DNA of 61,956 bases, filler included, from Platydemus manokwari (GCA_037951405.1; 6 parts of 6 records of this genome joined end to end with filler, not necessarily neighbours in it); one strand, 5' to 3'; counted from the first letter of the whole stretch, positions 38,101-50,980 are shown. Numbers and translations: made by a program. The notes: a model not told the origin generated them from the sequence alone.

Positions 38101-41100
38101 GATATATTAAAATCATTGACATTCAAAACTTTTTCCTGAATCGATTGTTGCCTTAAATTGTGATTTTAAAATCGGAATTCTTGATCTATTATGATGAGCT
38201 ATTAAAATTTCTTGTCCTTTTCGCTTTATATGCAAACTGGTTGATATTATTCTTTGAACTGTGTTCGATTTGTTTAAAAATTCATTTGTAATTTAGAAAA
38301 GCCCATTTATTGCAAATGGCATCTACACTGGTACTTACCCTTCTCTTTTGAACTTGAACGGTTTTCTATTTGTGTCAAAAGATTATTTTTTTTATATTTT
38401 GTTTATACATTTTATTTACAATCATACTATCTTCACTAGGTTTCTGTTATACAGCCTTTTACCACTACTTAACCCTTTCGCTGCTCATTGATTCTTGAGA
38501 TTACGTGCACGCTGTGCGCACATATTTTAGTGGTTGCGAGTTCATTCGTGTTGAGCAGTTTAACGAATTAGCCACTGCGAGTTGGTTCGTACCGAGCTGT
38601 TTATTGAATATTGATGCAGCGAGTTTGTTCGGGTCGAGCAGTTAATTTTTTTTCAGGAATTATATAATATGACACAATTAAAACAATCGCTAGTTTTATT
38701 TCCAAAGTTTATTAGCAAAATTTAGTTATAATCTTTAAATACAATAATTTTATAAAATAAAATAATAAGTACAATGAAAATAAATGGATGAAATAATGTT
38801 TATAAAGTAAGAACATATATAATATTGATTTGTACAGTTATGATACCATCTAATAAAATATTAATAATATTTTTTTCTATGAAATACCTCAAAGCAAGGT
38901 ACGACACATAATGATACATTACGTGGTTGACATATATACCGAGATTCCCTTCGTTTTTTGTTTTTATACAAACAATGCAACGTTTCGTTGGATTCGGTTT
39001 AAAGGCTGTTGAAGGAAGAAATGTAGGAAAATGTCTAGCTGATAAGCGTGTCTCCGAATTAGCATTTTCTAGACCCATACCCACTTGAATACGTTGTTGG
39101 GGTGTATGATATTCTTGAAGTATTTGCTTGACAAAATTGATTTGGAATTCTTTTATGGGTTGTTTCGTTTTGTTTAGGTAATTAAATAATATAGACGAAT
39201 TTAAAATTGCTGAATCAAATAAATAAATGAAAGAACGTTTTCTTATACCCACTTAATTGATTTTCTAACAGTTTCCGTAGAGCTTAGCATCACATCACTT
39301 CTATCAACAGAGCCCATGTATTTATTGTAATCTAAAATGGAGACTGGCTTCAATAAATTTTCACCGGTTTTGTGATCAACTTTATCTGAAGGGGCTAATT
39401 CGTTGGTGTGCAATGTAGATAACAGCAAAACATCTCGCTTGTCGTGCCATTTGATCACCAGTAGATTTTCACTGGATTTGCTTTCAGTTTCTCCTTTTTA
39501 AAATTTTTTATTCAAAACAGGCTAATCTTTCCGATTTACTTTGACGGTTCCACATGCATTTGTTTAATTTGCAAATAAATGGGGAAATAATGCAGGCCTG
39601 TATACCAATTATCGACGTATACCGTGTGGTGTTTATTTGTAATATCAAAATTATCAATAGCTGTAGTGCCTCCTGTATAAATAATAAAGTCTAAAACGTA
39701 ACCCGGTTGGCAATCACACATAATGAACAATTTAATTCCAAAACGATGGCGCTTGGAAGGAATGTATTGTTTGAAGATAAAGAGTCCCTTGAATAGCATA
39801 AGGCTTTCATCAATACAAATATTTGAAATGATATGAAAGCCTCCCTGAATGATTTTTTCAAGTGCTGAACAATAAATTTAATTTTCCATAAAGAATCACC
39901 CTCAATGGGCGGTAAAGTATTATCGATAAAATGAAGTACCCGCAAAAGTAGCAAATATTTGTCTCTAAGCATCATTATCTGTTCAAATTTTAGCGTTGAT
40001 CAAAGCCACTCTTGAGACCAATAATCATTCAAACAGGGTTTTTCACCTGAGCCATTAAAATATTTATAGCACAAAAGCAATATAGTTCTTTGAAATCTGT
40101 TTCCTTCCACCGTTTGAGACCCGATTTATCTTTGCTTGAATTTTGAGCCATAACAAATTGAAAGTATGAGTTAGTTTTCTCAGCAATTTTTTTACTATAT
40201 CCTCTGGAAAAAATATTGTGAAACACTCTACTTCCGCGGAACCAGCGTTACCTACTGTAGGACCTGAATGTTCGTTATTATAATTGCAAAATTTTGGTGT
40301 AAAAGATATTCCGTCCTTCTATTTATATTAGTTATTGAGTAAAGTTATTAAGTAAATAAAGTCGTATAGAGCAGATAACATATATTATACATAGCAAGTA
40401 TAGCCGTGTTAAGCAGCAAACTATTTTGAAACAATATGCGAATATACTTGTTTGGAGCGTATGTGGCACGGTTCTTTTTGCGAATATATACGTACAGGGC
40501 AGCGAAAGGGTTAATATTCCTATCTATTGAATATTTTATAAATTTATTCAATTTGTGTTCCTATATAGCTAAAAAACTATCATATTTCTCATTATATATA
40601 ATATGTCTTCCAAATATTAAATCATCATACAACACCCACTTTCATATCTTCGACCAATAATTTATTCTGGCCATTGAAATCATTTTTAGTCAATAGATGC
40701 ACATCGTGATATCGTTATAACAAATCTTTCTGTTTCACTGTGATAATTACTTATAACTTTTATCTATTAATTGTTTCTTTTAGAATTTCATTGCTCAATA
40801 CACAACTAAATCCATAATTTTTCCAATGAAATTTCAATTCTCCTGGACTTTTGTGTAATAAATTAGTTTATTTTTTCATCTTCTAATTGCAGTCTTTCTT
40901 TGAAAGCAGTTTCTTCTGTAATACTTTTTAGGTATCAACTGGACTCTTTCTGCAACATCTTCCTTTCTTCCTTAATAATCATCAATGTCGTTTCTCTATA
41001 TTTATTTCTTTTGGTATTATGGTCCGTGTTTTTCATCAAATAATCAAATAATCCATGTTTTCTTTATTTCCGTCAGGCACTCCAATTTTTTGTTTGATTT

Positions 41101-43276
41101 ACACTTCAAACTCTTGTAGAATCCGTACGATTTTCTGTATTTTCTTCTTTTCTGCTATCTGTCCAATCAGCTCTTAGTTCATGATTAGTTTAAAAAAGAG
41201 AAAATTTCCCCAACGGTTTAATATTTCTTCTAATTCAAAGACTTGTAGTCTCACATATTCCTAATTTCTGTCATGATTGTTCTACTAGATCTTGTCACAA
41301 TATAATATATATTATAATCCAATTATATACGTTTTTTGCCCTTTCTACTAAGTAGATTGGTTTGTCTTCTGAATTCCTTTTCTTAAATACTCCAGTATAT
41401 GTTGGTCATTTTACAATATTCTGACTTCAAATACAAAAATTCCGACAAATCTCTTCGATAAGATCTCAATGGTAATATAGCACTATTATCAGACTCCTTA
41501 ATTAACCAATAATTCTTTCATAGTCTTCCATTTTATGTTTCTCTTTTTCCTTTTGGAGAAGTTTGAATTCTTTTCCTTGTCATTTTTACTTTCTTTCTTT
41601 TCATGTTTATTTCTGGGAACTAGATCATCTAAAATCACCAGAATCCTAAATCGAATTATTTGATATAAATATGATTATCTTGAAAACTAACTCTTTTTAT
41701 TTATTCTTGAAAGTAAACTATTTTTCTTCCTTTATTCTTATTTCATTAAGTCTCTCTTAATAATTCTTCATCACTTCAGGTCCATCAATAATGTATCCTA
41801 AGAATAATGATAACAATAATATCTGTAGCTAAGATTAAACAAAATTATGAGATCGGCAAATTTCACTGTAATAAGATAATTCTTTATTGATATATTAAAT
41901 ATCTCTTAGGAACGTTTCAATCAATAGTAAAAATCTACAAAGGTACGTAATATTCATTTTTGAGGGAATTTTTATTGTACCTTTTCGTTAATTAAAACCA
42001 GAACGAATATATAAACAATAAATAAAGATGCTGAGAGATCTTTAATCTTGGAATTGGCATTGAAAATAAGCAGGCATGGAGTATTTAATTTTTGATTTGA
42101 TGACGTCATCGGTATTGATCTATTATATGTTTTATAAGATCAAACCTTGATCAGTTTAACTGCATTTTCATTTTATTCAGAATGGTTTGATAAACGCTTT
42201 GCCCTACTTTTTAAGTGCAATTGCCTTTGTTCTTTCTGGCAAAATTGCTGACATGATAAGGTCAAGAAATTTGTTAAGCACCACTGCAACACGAAAATTA
42301 ATGAACACATTTGGAATGCTTTTCAATGCAGTTTTCATCATAGCCATTCCTTTTGTTGGATGTGACCGAACTTTAATTGTGGCTTTCTTGTGCATTGCTG
42401 TGGCATTTGGTACCGTGAATTCTGCAGGTTACAATGTTAACCACATCGACATCGCACCACAATATGCAGGTAAACATTGTTTGCTCAATTTCTAATAACA
42501 TGTTCATGTATTTTAGGAGTTTTATACGGCATTACAAATTCAATCGCAACGATTTCCGGTATTGTTGGACCATATGTTGTGGGAGTATTAACTGACAATA
42601 ATGTAAGCTCGATTTGATGTTTAATATGCGTGTAAGCTGAAATAGTCATAATTTAATGATATTTTCGACAAATCGCCATTGTTTTTGTAGAAACTATAGG
42701 AATATAATGATGGGTATATACACTAGAAAGTAGGCGAAGTAGTGGGAATCCAATGACAGCATTTTAGGAAACCAAAAATTGTTCCGTGTAGATAAATATT
42801 AATAATTGATAGAAATAACTGTGATCTTTATACGATTACTCAGTATTTGACAGTTTTCTTTTCTTGCAAAATATTCTTTCTTTAAAGGAATCTTTCTATT
42901 TATCGCATTTGATTTTGTTTATTCAACAACTCTTAGAGTAAGTCAATTTTCACAAGACATTCTCTGTAGTCCTGTACTGCCAACAGTCGACAAACATTCA
43001 TTCTCAGGTTTTAACCTAAATCCAAACATATATGTAAAGAGAACAGTCATTAAAATGCTTCCTGTCACTAAATAATATTTATTCTAATTCTGCCATATCA
43101 ATATTGACGTTATATTAACAAAATAGGAAACAAGCGCTAGATGGCGAATCATTTTCTTTATATCGTCAGGAATAACAATATTTGGAATGGTTTTCTTCTT
43201 GTTTTTCAGTTCCGGTGAAAGACAATCATGGGCTATAGATAAATCAATTATTGAAATATCAGAGGATGACAGTTAA
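35186..43276 (+). CDS. SLC17 anion transporter, sialin (SLC17A5)-like, 10 exons, 504 aa
   Basis: Exons 35186-35473, 35535-35622, 35695-35843, 35897-35984, 36039-36134, 36219-36346, 36398-36550, 42181-42469, 42517-42602, 43127-43276. 1515 nt, frame intact. Motifs YALRVNLSVAI, FDWS..QGIILGAFFWGY, LRVLEGAGE, GWPSVFY, P..HPRIS..ER.YI, VPWKKI..SLPVWAI, NHIDIAPQYAGVLYGITN, SGERQSWA. Confidence 0.95.
38473..40510 (-). mobile_element. full-length piggyBac transposon (2038 bp) with TTAA target duplications
   Basis: TTAA|CCCTTTCGCTGC ... GCAGCGAAAGGG|TTAA, a perfect 12-bp TIR. Internal piggyBac transposase on the minus strand. Confidence 0.95.
38870..40260 (-). pseudogene. frameshifted piggyBac (PGBD4-like) transposase
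   Basis: CIDESLMLFKG..KQYIPSKRHRFGIKLF, VYVDNWYT and YNKYMGSVDRSD carry the DDD triad. C-terminal Cys-rich KRCIVC...CQPCNVSLCVVPCF. Split over at least 5 ORFs. Confidence 0.9.
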
Positions 43277-43682
43277 GAATTGCATAATAAATTCCTTCGA
43301 TTGATAGCCATAAATATATTTTTTTATCTCTGATTCACTCATTATTCGTTTGTAATTTCGATTTTCGAATGTACTTTGTTGTTAGAATAAAGTTCTTTCA
43401 TCACTTCCTATTGTATTTCAATTATTTTATTTTATTTTCATCATCAGACAAACATTCATTTAAGAGAATTTTCAAAGAATTTGTACCAAATTTTATTCGA
43501 CAAATTAAAAACTGCGATAAAACCCTCATATTTGAATTTGTATTGGTTCGATCAGATGCCATACTATTTGATTCATAATATTATCTTATGGTACAAAATA
43601 TTCTGGGTGATTATCAAAATAGGAGATGAAAGAAATCATCAATTGATGATAAACATTCGATATGTGCGAGAGGTTTTATAAT

Positions 43683-43712
43683 TATTAGGTTGGTGCAAAA
43701 AAATGGCCTTTT
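43683..43712 (+). mobile_element. mariner (Hsmar1/cecropia-like) left TIR, element truncated by scaffold end
   Basis: TA|TTAGGTTGGTGCAAAA matches the start of Hsmar1-type TIRs (TTAGGTTGGTGCAAAAGT). Confidence 0.7.
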
Positions 43713-43778
43713 TTAAATTGGCTTTTCATTTTTAAATATTAAATTGAAGATCTTATGAAAATTATTCATATAATATAT

Positions 43779-43878
43779 NNNNNNNNNNNNNNNNNNNNNN
43801 NNNNNNNNNNNNNNNNNNNNNNTTAATTAATTAANNNNNNNNNNNNNNNNNNNNNNNNNNNNNNNNNNNNNNNNNNNN
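43779..43878. other. artificial scaffold join
   Basis: 44N-TTAATTAATTAA-44N. Confidence 0.98.
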
Positions 43879-45014
43879 AAAATTCATTATTATATTCTCG
43901 ACTGTTGAGAACAATTAGAAAAGTCACTGCAACAGCGGCTTATCAGATAGGTGACGAACGGTAAATGTACGAAGTATCTAAACTGCTATCATCCAATTAA
44001 AACATATAAGAAATATATTGGAATCAAAAATCTAGTATTTGGAATGAATTCTCAATCAATATTCGATTTTAAACATTTGAAAAATGAAATCATCAAAAAC
44101 GAATGGCACTTCATCATTGGTAGTTCACCTTTCGAAGGTGTATCTAAACCTATTATTTCTCTATCTAAATTGTACGAAGTGTGCTTAATCAAGAAAAAGA
44201 CTGAAAGCGATTGGCTCATTCGACATAACATTTGTACGAATATCACTAATTATAATTCAAATAAATGTTAAATATCGGAAAAATCAGAGTGACTCAATTT
44301 TTTAATTTATATATTGTGCATTGATGTTTAAAAATAAATAAAATGCTATTTAAATGACTTTCTAAAATATTGATTTTAAATATGTGCTATGAAGACTGTC
44401 ATAAAAAAAAATCTTCACTAGTATAACAATTTTTATAAAATTTCAATGTAATTATTTTACAATAACGAAATTAAATTTCTTTATTATCTAAAGAATAGAG
44501 TATTTGTGTCAGCTATCGCGAGTGTATTAGTTAGTGCTAAAAGTAGATTCCCGGTAAGAATCCAAATTTTGTGCAAGACTTATTTCGAATTTCGTATTGG
44601 CATCTTTTGTCAAAGTCTTAACCCACTTGTATTAAAATGTATAGTGCGATACAGATTCATCTTAGCGAAACAACTTATTGTTTAATACACCAGGTAGATC
44701 ATATAATATTTTAAATTAAATTTATTTCCTATATCATCAAAAATAATTTACGAAAAACAGAATAATATAAATCAATTGACCAAATTATATGTACATAATT
44801 AAAGTTGACTTGTTTTAAAGTAAAAAATAAATAAATAAAACTAAAAAAGAATAATTATAATACATATTATATAAAATATCAATGATAATTATGAACATCT
44901 GAAAATTTCGTTAATATATTTCCAATTATTCTAAACCAAAATTCATTATTATATTCTCGACTGTTGAGAACAATTAGAAAAGTCACTGCAACAGCGGCTT
45001 ATCAGATAGGTGAC
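43879..45014 (+). repeat. 77-bp exact direct repeat, copies at 43879-43955 and 44938-45014
   Basis: AAAATTCATTATTATATTCTCGACTGTTGAGAAC...GGCTTATCAGATAGGTGAC occurs twice, offset 1059 bp. Confidence 0.92.
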
Positions 45015-47119
45015 AATATTATTAGTAAATTTCAAAGAATCTTTTTATTGATATATTTTTCAGTGAAGTCAATTGTTGGACAGACAATCAATTTGCTTTT
45101 TTTGTAAAAGCCCTGTGTTATAATTTGATGTTTTTCAGGTTGGTCAAAATCATCTCAGCTTGATTTGTCTTCAAAATACTCACGAAGTGAACATTTGCAT
45201 TATAGGAAACCGACTTGACACCTTTCAATAATTTGGAATGAAACACTTGTCGAATCAGTTTCATGCTGTAATTATAAAATATTGCATTCATTAACTTGGC
45301 CCTCAATAGCATAGTCAAAGTTTGAAAAAATTCAAACACACGAGCTAACAGACTTTGTATAAGGTGTTGGCATTAATGGTCTTGAAAAACAAAAACCCCA
45401 AGACATAACACTTTTAATCAAAAATTAATAGTTTTGTTGCAATTAATAAATTATTTAAGCTTTCCGTACAATTTTGCTAATATTTATTTATACAAGAATA
45501 AAACAAAAAATACGATAATCCTTAGTAGTTTCTATCTTAGAATTTGATTTACCAGTCTTAACACAAAACACATAATGCGATGGCAATATTTATATTAGAA
45601 TTTTGTAAATTTTTATATCGATTTCATATGTAACCACCAAATATAACACAGATTTCATCAATCTTGTTATTTTTAAATTCTGATATTTATATTATATGAA
45701 AGATACCATCATTGATAAATGTCTCTAGGATACTATTTATTATGAATTTTTATTTTATTTTAAATGTTAATTATGAAATTTAAACAAAGCCATAAAATAA
45801 TATCATTTTAAAATTATCAGATGAAACAAGTCTTCATAATAATCCACCGATTTTAATTTTTATTTTCTTTTTCATTGACATACAAACCGATTGTCTTTGA
45901 TTCACATGCAACTAACAATTGTCGATTGCCTCTTCTAATCAATTTTATAAATGGAAAATATTAGAACTGCTGCCAAAGACGGCTCGTTCATATCTATTGT
46001 TTTGCTTAAATAATCCCTATTGTAATATAACAAAACCTAAAAATTCAATTGTTTTCATTTTCAATAAATCAGATATTCCATTATAGAATGATACACCGGT
46101 TATGTTAAAATGAAATATATGAACAAATATATAATCTTGTAAGTGAATTTTATAAATGTATTAAATACATCATTGATAATCTTAATATCGATTTCATATG
46201 TTAATGTGATGTTCGAAAATTTCCGTTTAATATTGATCAGTTTAGGGATATATTTCATAAATAATTTGTAAAAAATAAATTATGGTTAGATAAAAGATTC
46301 AGTAACCAAAATTTTTGAAAAGACTTTTATGGAAGTTTTGAAAAGTCCTCATCAGAATCACTTATCAAATTTACTATATGGTAATAATAATACATTCTGT
46401 AAATTAAGCCTTTTTTCTCAATAATTGAATCACCACTTTCCAAATAAGTCTAATTGATGAATTGGCGGAATATTTCAACAGCACAATATTTTTATCTTGA
46501 GTTATTAGAAATTATCTACATCTATATTGTTATAACAGCAGGCAGTCTTTATATGATTTACGTACAATTACTTTTGTGGAGTGTTATACGTGTTCATAAT
46601 TCGCTGCAGTCTCATTTAATTTATTAATTTCCCTTTGTTTTTTTCTTAAAAGTTTGGAATAATTAAAATCAGATTTCAAGATAGATATTATTTAATTTTG
46701 AGATGAAAATTATTTATTAATAACTCTACCTTACCATTATCATATGAATTTCCACAGTAAGAAACATAAATTATCATTCATTTTCATTAAATGCTTTACA
46801 TTTGTATAACATTTCTCGCCTTCAATTAAATTTTTCCCCATAAAATTTTAAATACATCTTATCTATATTGGTAGCTAAAACAAATAACTTCATAATATTT
46901 ATTGATACAAATAAATCCTTATCAGATCAGTTAAATAAATTCTCAAAAGGTTCAGACATTGTCGCAAATATAAACTGAATATATTTCTAAATATTAATCA
47001 TTTCAAAATAAAAAAAAACATTGAACGATAATTTTTTAAATTCACAAATCAATAATGTTTAAGCTAAAGTTAAGAAAAGGGCTCTTAAAATAAAATTGTT
47101 AAGTTAGTGAGTGTATTGC

Positions 47120-50100
47120 AAAAATCTATATAGTTTACCGAGGAACAAAATCGAGGAACAATTTGATTCAATCGAATTACCAGTAACGCACGAGGCAGAA
47201 GACCAAAAACCTTCAGCAACTCCGTAGGTGGGGCTGAATCAATAGGTGACAAGAAAAATCGAAATGGTACCAGATGTGAAGAGATGTTTAAGGACAACGT
47301 CAGGGTTTTAAGTACCGTATTTATCAACGTATCTGAAGTAGAGATTAGTTGGGATTTGGGGGAGTTTATCACAGTGATGAGTGAAAACAACTAGAAGAAA
47401 GTGGGAAGCCCAAAATTGCAGAAGAGTTTGATAAGGCTTAGTGGGGTGTATACAACAGCTGCCAAATATCCTTTGGGTTATGACGATCTAATTGCCGAAT
47501 GAAAAGAAAAGAAATGCAAACCAAGGGTTGTAATTATAAAGACTTCATCGGGGAGGTGTTCAAACCATCATTTCTGATCACTGCATTTAATACGAGGTAC
47601 AAGACACAAAATAGAGAGTAGAGTTTTACGTGTTCATGATGAGATCGAGGAGCAATTTGATCCAATTGAAGACCCAGCAATTCACGAGATAGAAGATCAA
47701 AAAACCACAACAACTCCGTCGCATACATTTCGTCGGAGGGGTTGAATCAATAGATAACAAGAAAATTCGAAATGAAACCAGATATGAAGATATGTTTAAG
47801 GACGACGCTAGAGTGTGGAGTAAAGTGTTGATCAACAGATCTGAAATAGAGATGTTGAGGAATTCGGGAGCATCTATCATAGTGATGAGCGAGAACTATT
47901 GAAAAAAGGTGGAGAGTTCAAAATTACAGGATAGATTGATTAATCTTAGCAGTGTTTTCAATTGATGCTGAACTCCAGTTATTTAGATGTGAGTGCCGAG
48001 TGGAAAGAAAGAAATACTAGGGTTGTGATAGCAAAAAGAATTTGTTCCGATTTCATTGAAGTATTGCATGATGAATGTATTCAGAATTCAGCTGAAAGAG
48101 GTGGCCACAATAGATTCATCACAATTTAACGATAAATATACAGATGAGGAAAGATCGAAACACGTAATGGAAATGATCAAAACTGGGAACACGGGCAGAA
48201 TTGAAGACTGATCAAAGAATACAGAATTACATTCATGGCTTTTAAATTGTATCTAGGCAGAACCAACTTAGTTGTTCACAATATTATAAATACTGGAAAT
48301 CCGATTTCGCAGAATCCCAGAAAGCATTCGATGCAATTAGATGGAAAAATTGTAGATTATATTAAAAAAACTACTCGAAATAAGAATAATAAGACCATGC
48401 AAGAGTGCTTGGAATTCACTACTGTCATCGTAGGATAAAAGGACGAATCTATGTGGATGTGTGTGGATTATCGAAGACATAACGTAGTGACAGAAAAATT
48501 TAGTTTCCCCATGCCTGATATCCATAAACAAGAACCAGCCAATACTATTTCAACAGATTGCCGTTTATACTATTTACAGCACCAGCAATTTTTCAAAAAC
48601 TAATAAGCTGTTGAATGGATTGATCTTAAAGGACAATGTGGTACATTTAGATAGTGTTTATATACGTAAAAATTCAGAAAGAGCATGACGATCTTTTGGA
48701 AACCGTGTTTCGACGAATTCAAAAATCGGGTCTGGAAGTGAATCCTGGGAAATGTACGTTAATTAAAGGTTAAGTAAGTTTTTAGGTCACACGGTCAGTG
48801 CCAAGGGCATATAGAGTAATTACGACAAAATCGAACGGATACGAGATGCCCCAGTATCACAGTGTACCAGCAAAAGGCGATCATTTTTAGGACTGACAAA
48901 CTATTATAGGCGATTCATCATGGACCATGCTTCAATAGCAGCTCCACCATACGCCGCAACCACGGGTAAAAACAATTAATTACAATGGTCAGAATCATGT
49001 CAAACAAGTTATTAGAAGCCAAAGTCGGCACTATATGAATGACCAATCTTGGATTACTCAAAAGAAAACAGGATATTTGTACTCGATACAGACGCAAGTT
49101 TTGGTACAATCAGGTCAGTTCTGAGCCAAGCTATTGAAGTATTTATAGTCTATGGATTTCGATTAGTGACTAATCACGAGAAAGAATACTGCGTTACTAG
49201 GAGTTGCTGGCTATCCACGATTATGTTTCTTATGTTAGAAAATACTTGTACGGGAAGAAATTCGTCGCGAAGACTGATGACAAGGCCCTGATATTATTGA
49301 ACGAAAGCCGGTCAGCCCATAATTTCAAACATGGACGGCAACGCTGTCAGAATACGATTTCGATTTAAGATACAGAAAAGGAGAGAATCAACGCAGATGG
49401 ATTGTCTATGTTTCCAGTGCAAGACAAGACACAGTGGAGCAAAGACGGAAAAAATGAAAACCAATTATTTAGCTCATATACAGAATAAAATTAGAGATAA
49501 TACAAAAAAACAGGAAGCACAGCATAAAGATGCAGAAAAAGTGGAGGCATTCAGATTTCTAAATGGTAAAATAACTTTAACTAGTGCAGAATTCTGGAAT
49601 AAACATTCACTTTCGAAAATTAAAGATAAGCTGAAGGTGGTCGACAATACGCTGATGCTGGAGAAAGATGATGGTTTGGCTGCTACAATACCAAAAATAT
49701 GGCCGTTCAATGGCTCGGCTCAAAGAAAACCTTTGCTTATTTGAACGATAGTTTTGATAGGCCCGACATGTTCAATACAATCAAAGAAATACTGAAAGAA
49801 TGTATTATAAAGAGATAGATTGATAAATCTAGAACTAAGGAGTCTCTGCTCCTTCGGTTAGCCTCTGAGTTTCAAGAATAAATTATTGTGGACATTCCAC
49901 AAATAGACACGATGTATAGTAACATGAAGTATCTAGTAGTATCGACAGATTCATGAAGCTCGTAAGCATCATTGCAGCATCTAAGCTAGACGAAAAGACA
50001 ATCTTACAAGTCATTTTCAACTCGTGGATTTATCGTTTTGAAAAATCAAAGAGCACTCTATCTGAAAACGGCAAACAATTTGGAGGCAAATTTATGAGGC

Positions 50101-50980
50101 GTGTTCAAAATTTGGAATTAAACAATTCTGCTCACTATACCATCATTAGATGTTAAAATAAAATACGTCAGGCTACTATCTACTTTTGTTCATTTATTTT
50201 TTAACTTATTATAATGTTTAATTCTTCTAAAACGCTTTTTTCATTTAAGAAGTTCTCAATTCTTAGTTTATTAATATTCACTTTTAATACATCATTTTCA
50301 TAGTTTAAACACATCGGAACACTTGAATTATTTTCAAGAGACGGATAAAGTTTTTGATCCTCCAAACTATTTAAATGAAGTTCTCTCGAACGAGGTTCCT
50401 TCCCTTACATTTTCTGAAATTAAATATTCTATTTCATAATTTTTGTTAATAGAATTTTTTAATAATACAACAAATCAGGATAATTTTATTTATGATTTCA
50501 TTTATTTCTTCACTATATAAAAAACGTTCAATCAATAAATTCCAAGAGATTACTCTTTGACGGTCTACATGAAATATATTGCCAATAAATAAATTAATTT
50601 CATAATGCTTATCTAATTCATAAACGAAACACAAGTTCTTGCCCATCGAGATAATCTACTGGCCGAAGATCAATGCCCATACGGATGTGAGTCACAAGAA
50701 CCAAACTCGAGATTATATTGCAGCAGTAGCTAGAGAAAATTATAAAGTTGCAGCCGACATAATGCCTAACCGAGGCAGAGGAAGAAGAATTTTTCAAGTG
50801 GGAGAGAAGGTGCTAGTTCGCGTAGATCCCCATAAGAAGAATTGATTCCAGTACGAAGGACACTATTGAATTACTAGATTCAAGTGAGATGGACAAGTGG
50901 AGATTGAATTACCTCATGCGATAAAATCAAGACGAGTAGACTGGCTGAAACGGTGGGGAGGGCCTTAAGAGAAGGCGAGT
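47120..50980 (+). mobile_element. decayed Ty3/Gypsy LTR retrotransposon (PR x2, RT, RNase H, IN, PPT)
   Basis: Protease-like EMLRNSGASIIVMSE; LGRTNLVVHNI..GNPISQNPR; MCVDYRRHNVVTEKFSFPMP (RT); FLGLTNYYRRFI; FVLDTDASFGTI.SVLSQ (RH); WIYRF...TLSENGKQF (IN); FQVGEKVLV..YEGHY (GPY/F-like); purine tract AAGAGAAGGCGAG at 50967-50979. Confidence 0.88.

Larger units (their letters stand above)
37300..41300 (-). mobile_element. very decayed non-LTR retrotransposon filling SLC17 intron 7, interrupted by the piggyBac
   Basis: T-rich plus strand (A-rich coding strand on minus). Minus peptides ITEETA and CASID (endonuclease-like) at 40690-40925; IALLLCH, QPRKG and FLDDLLF (YADD-like) at 37340-37970. Confidence 0.35.

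Noticed and set aside
38536-38645. CRISPR-like repeat-spacer array
   Set aside because: Only three degenerate units with about 16-nt gaps, inside a piggyBac end in a eukaryote, with no cas genes.
38800-40260. Domesticated PGBD gene or SLC17-PGBD fusion
   Set aside because: Multiple frameshifts and stops, intact TIRs, and antisense orientation to the host gene.
20428-43276. A neural super-cluster of RGS, semaphorin, decarboxylase and SLC17
   Set aside because: The join at 30784-30883 separates RGS/semaphorin from the decarboxylase/SLC17, so cross-scaffold adjacency is artificial.
45118-45339. MULE transposase relic (LMNAI...IRQVFHSKLLKG)
   Set aside because: Resemblance is too short and lacks the CxFH motif.
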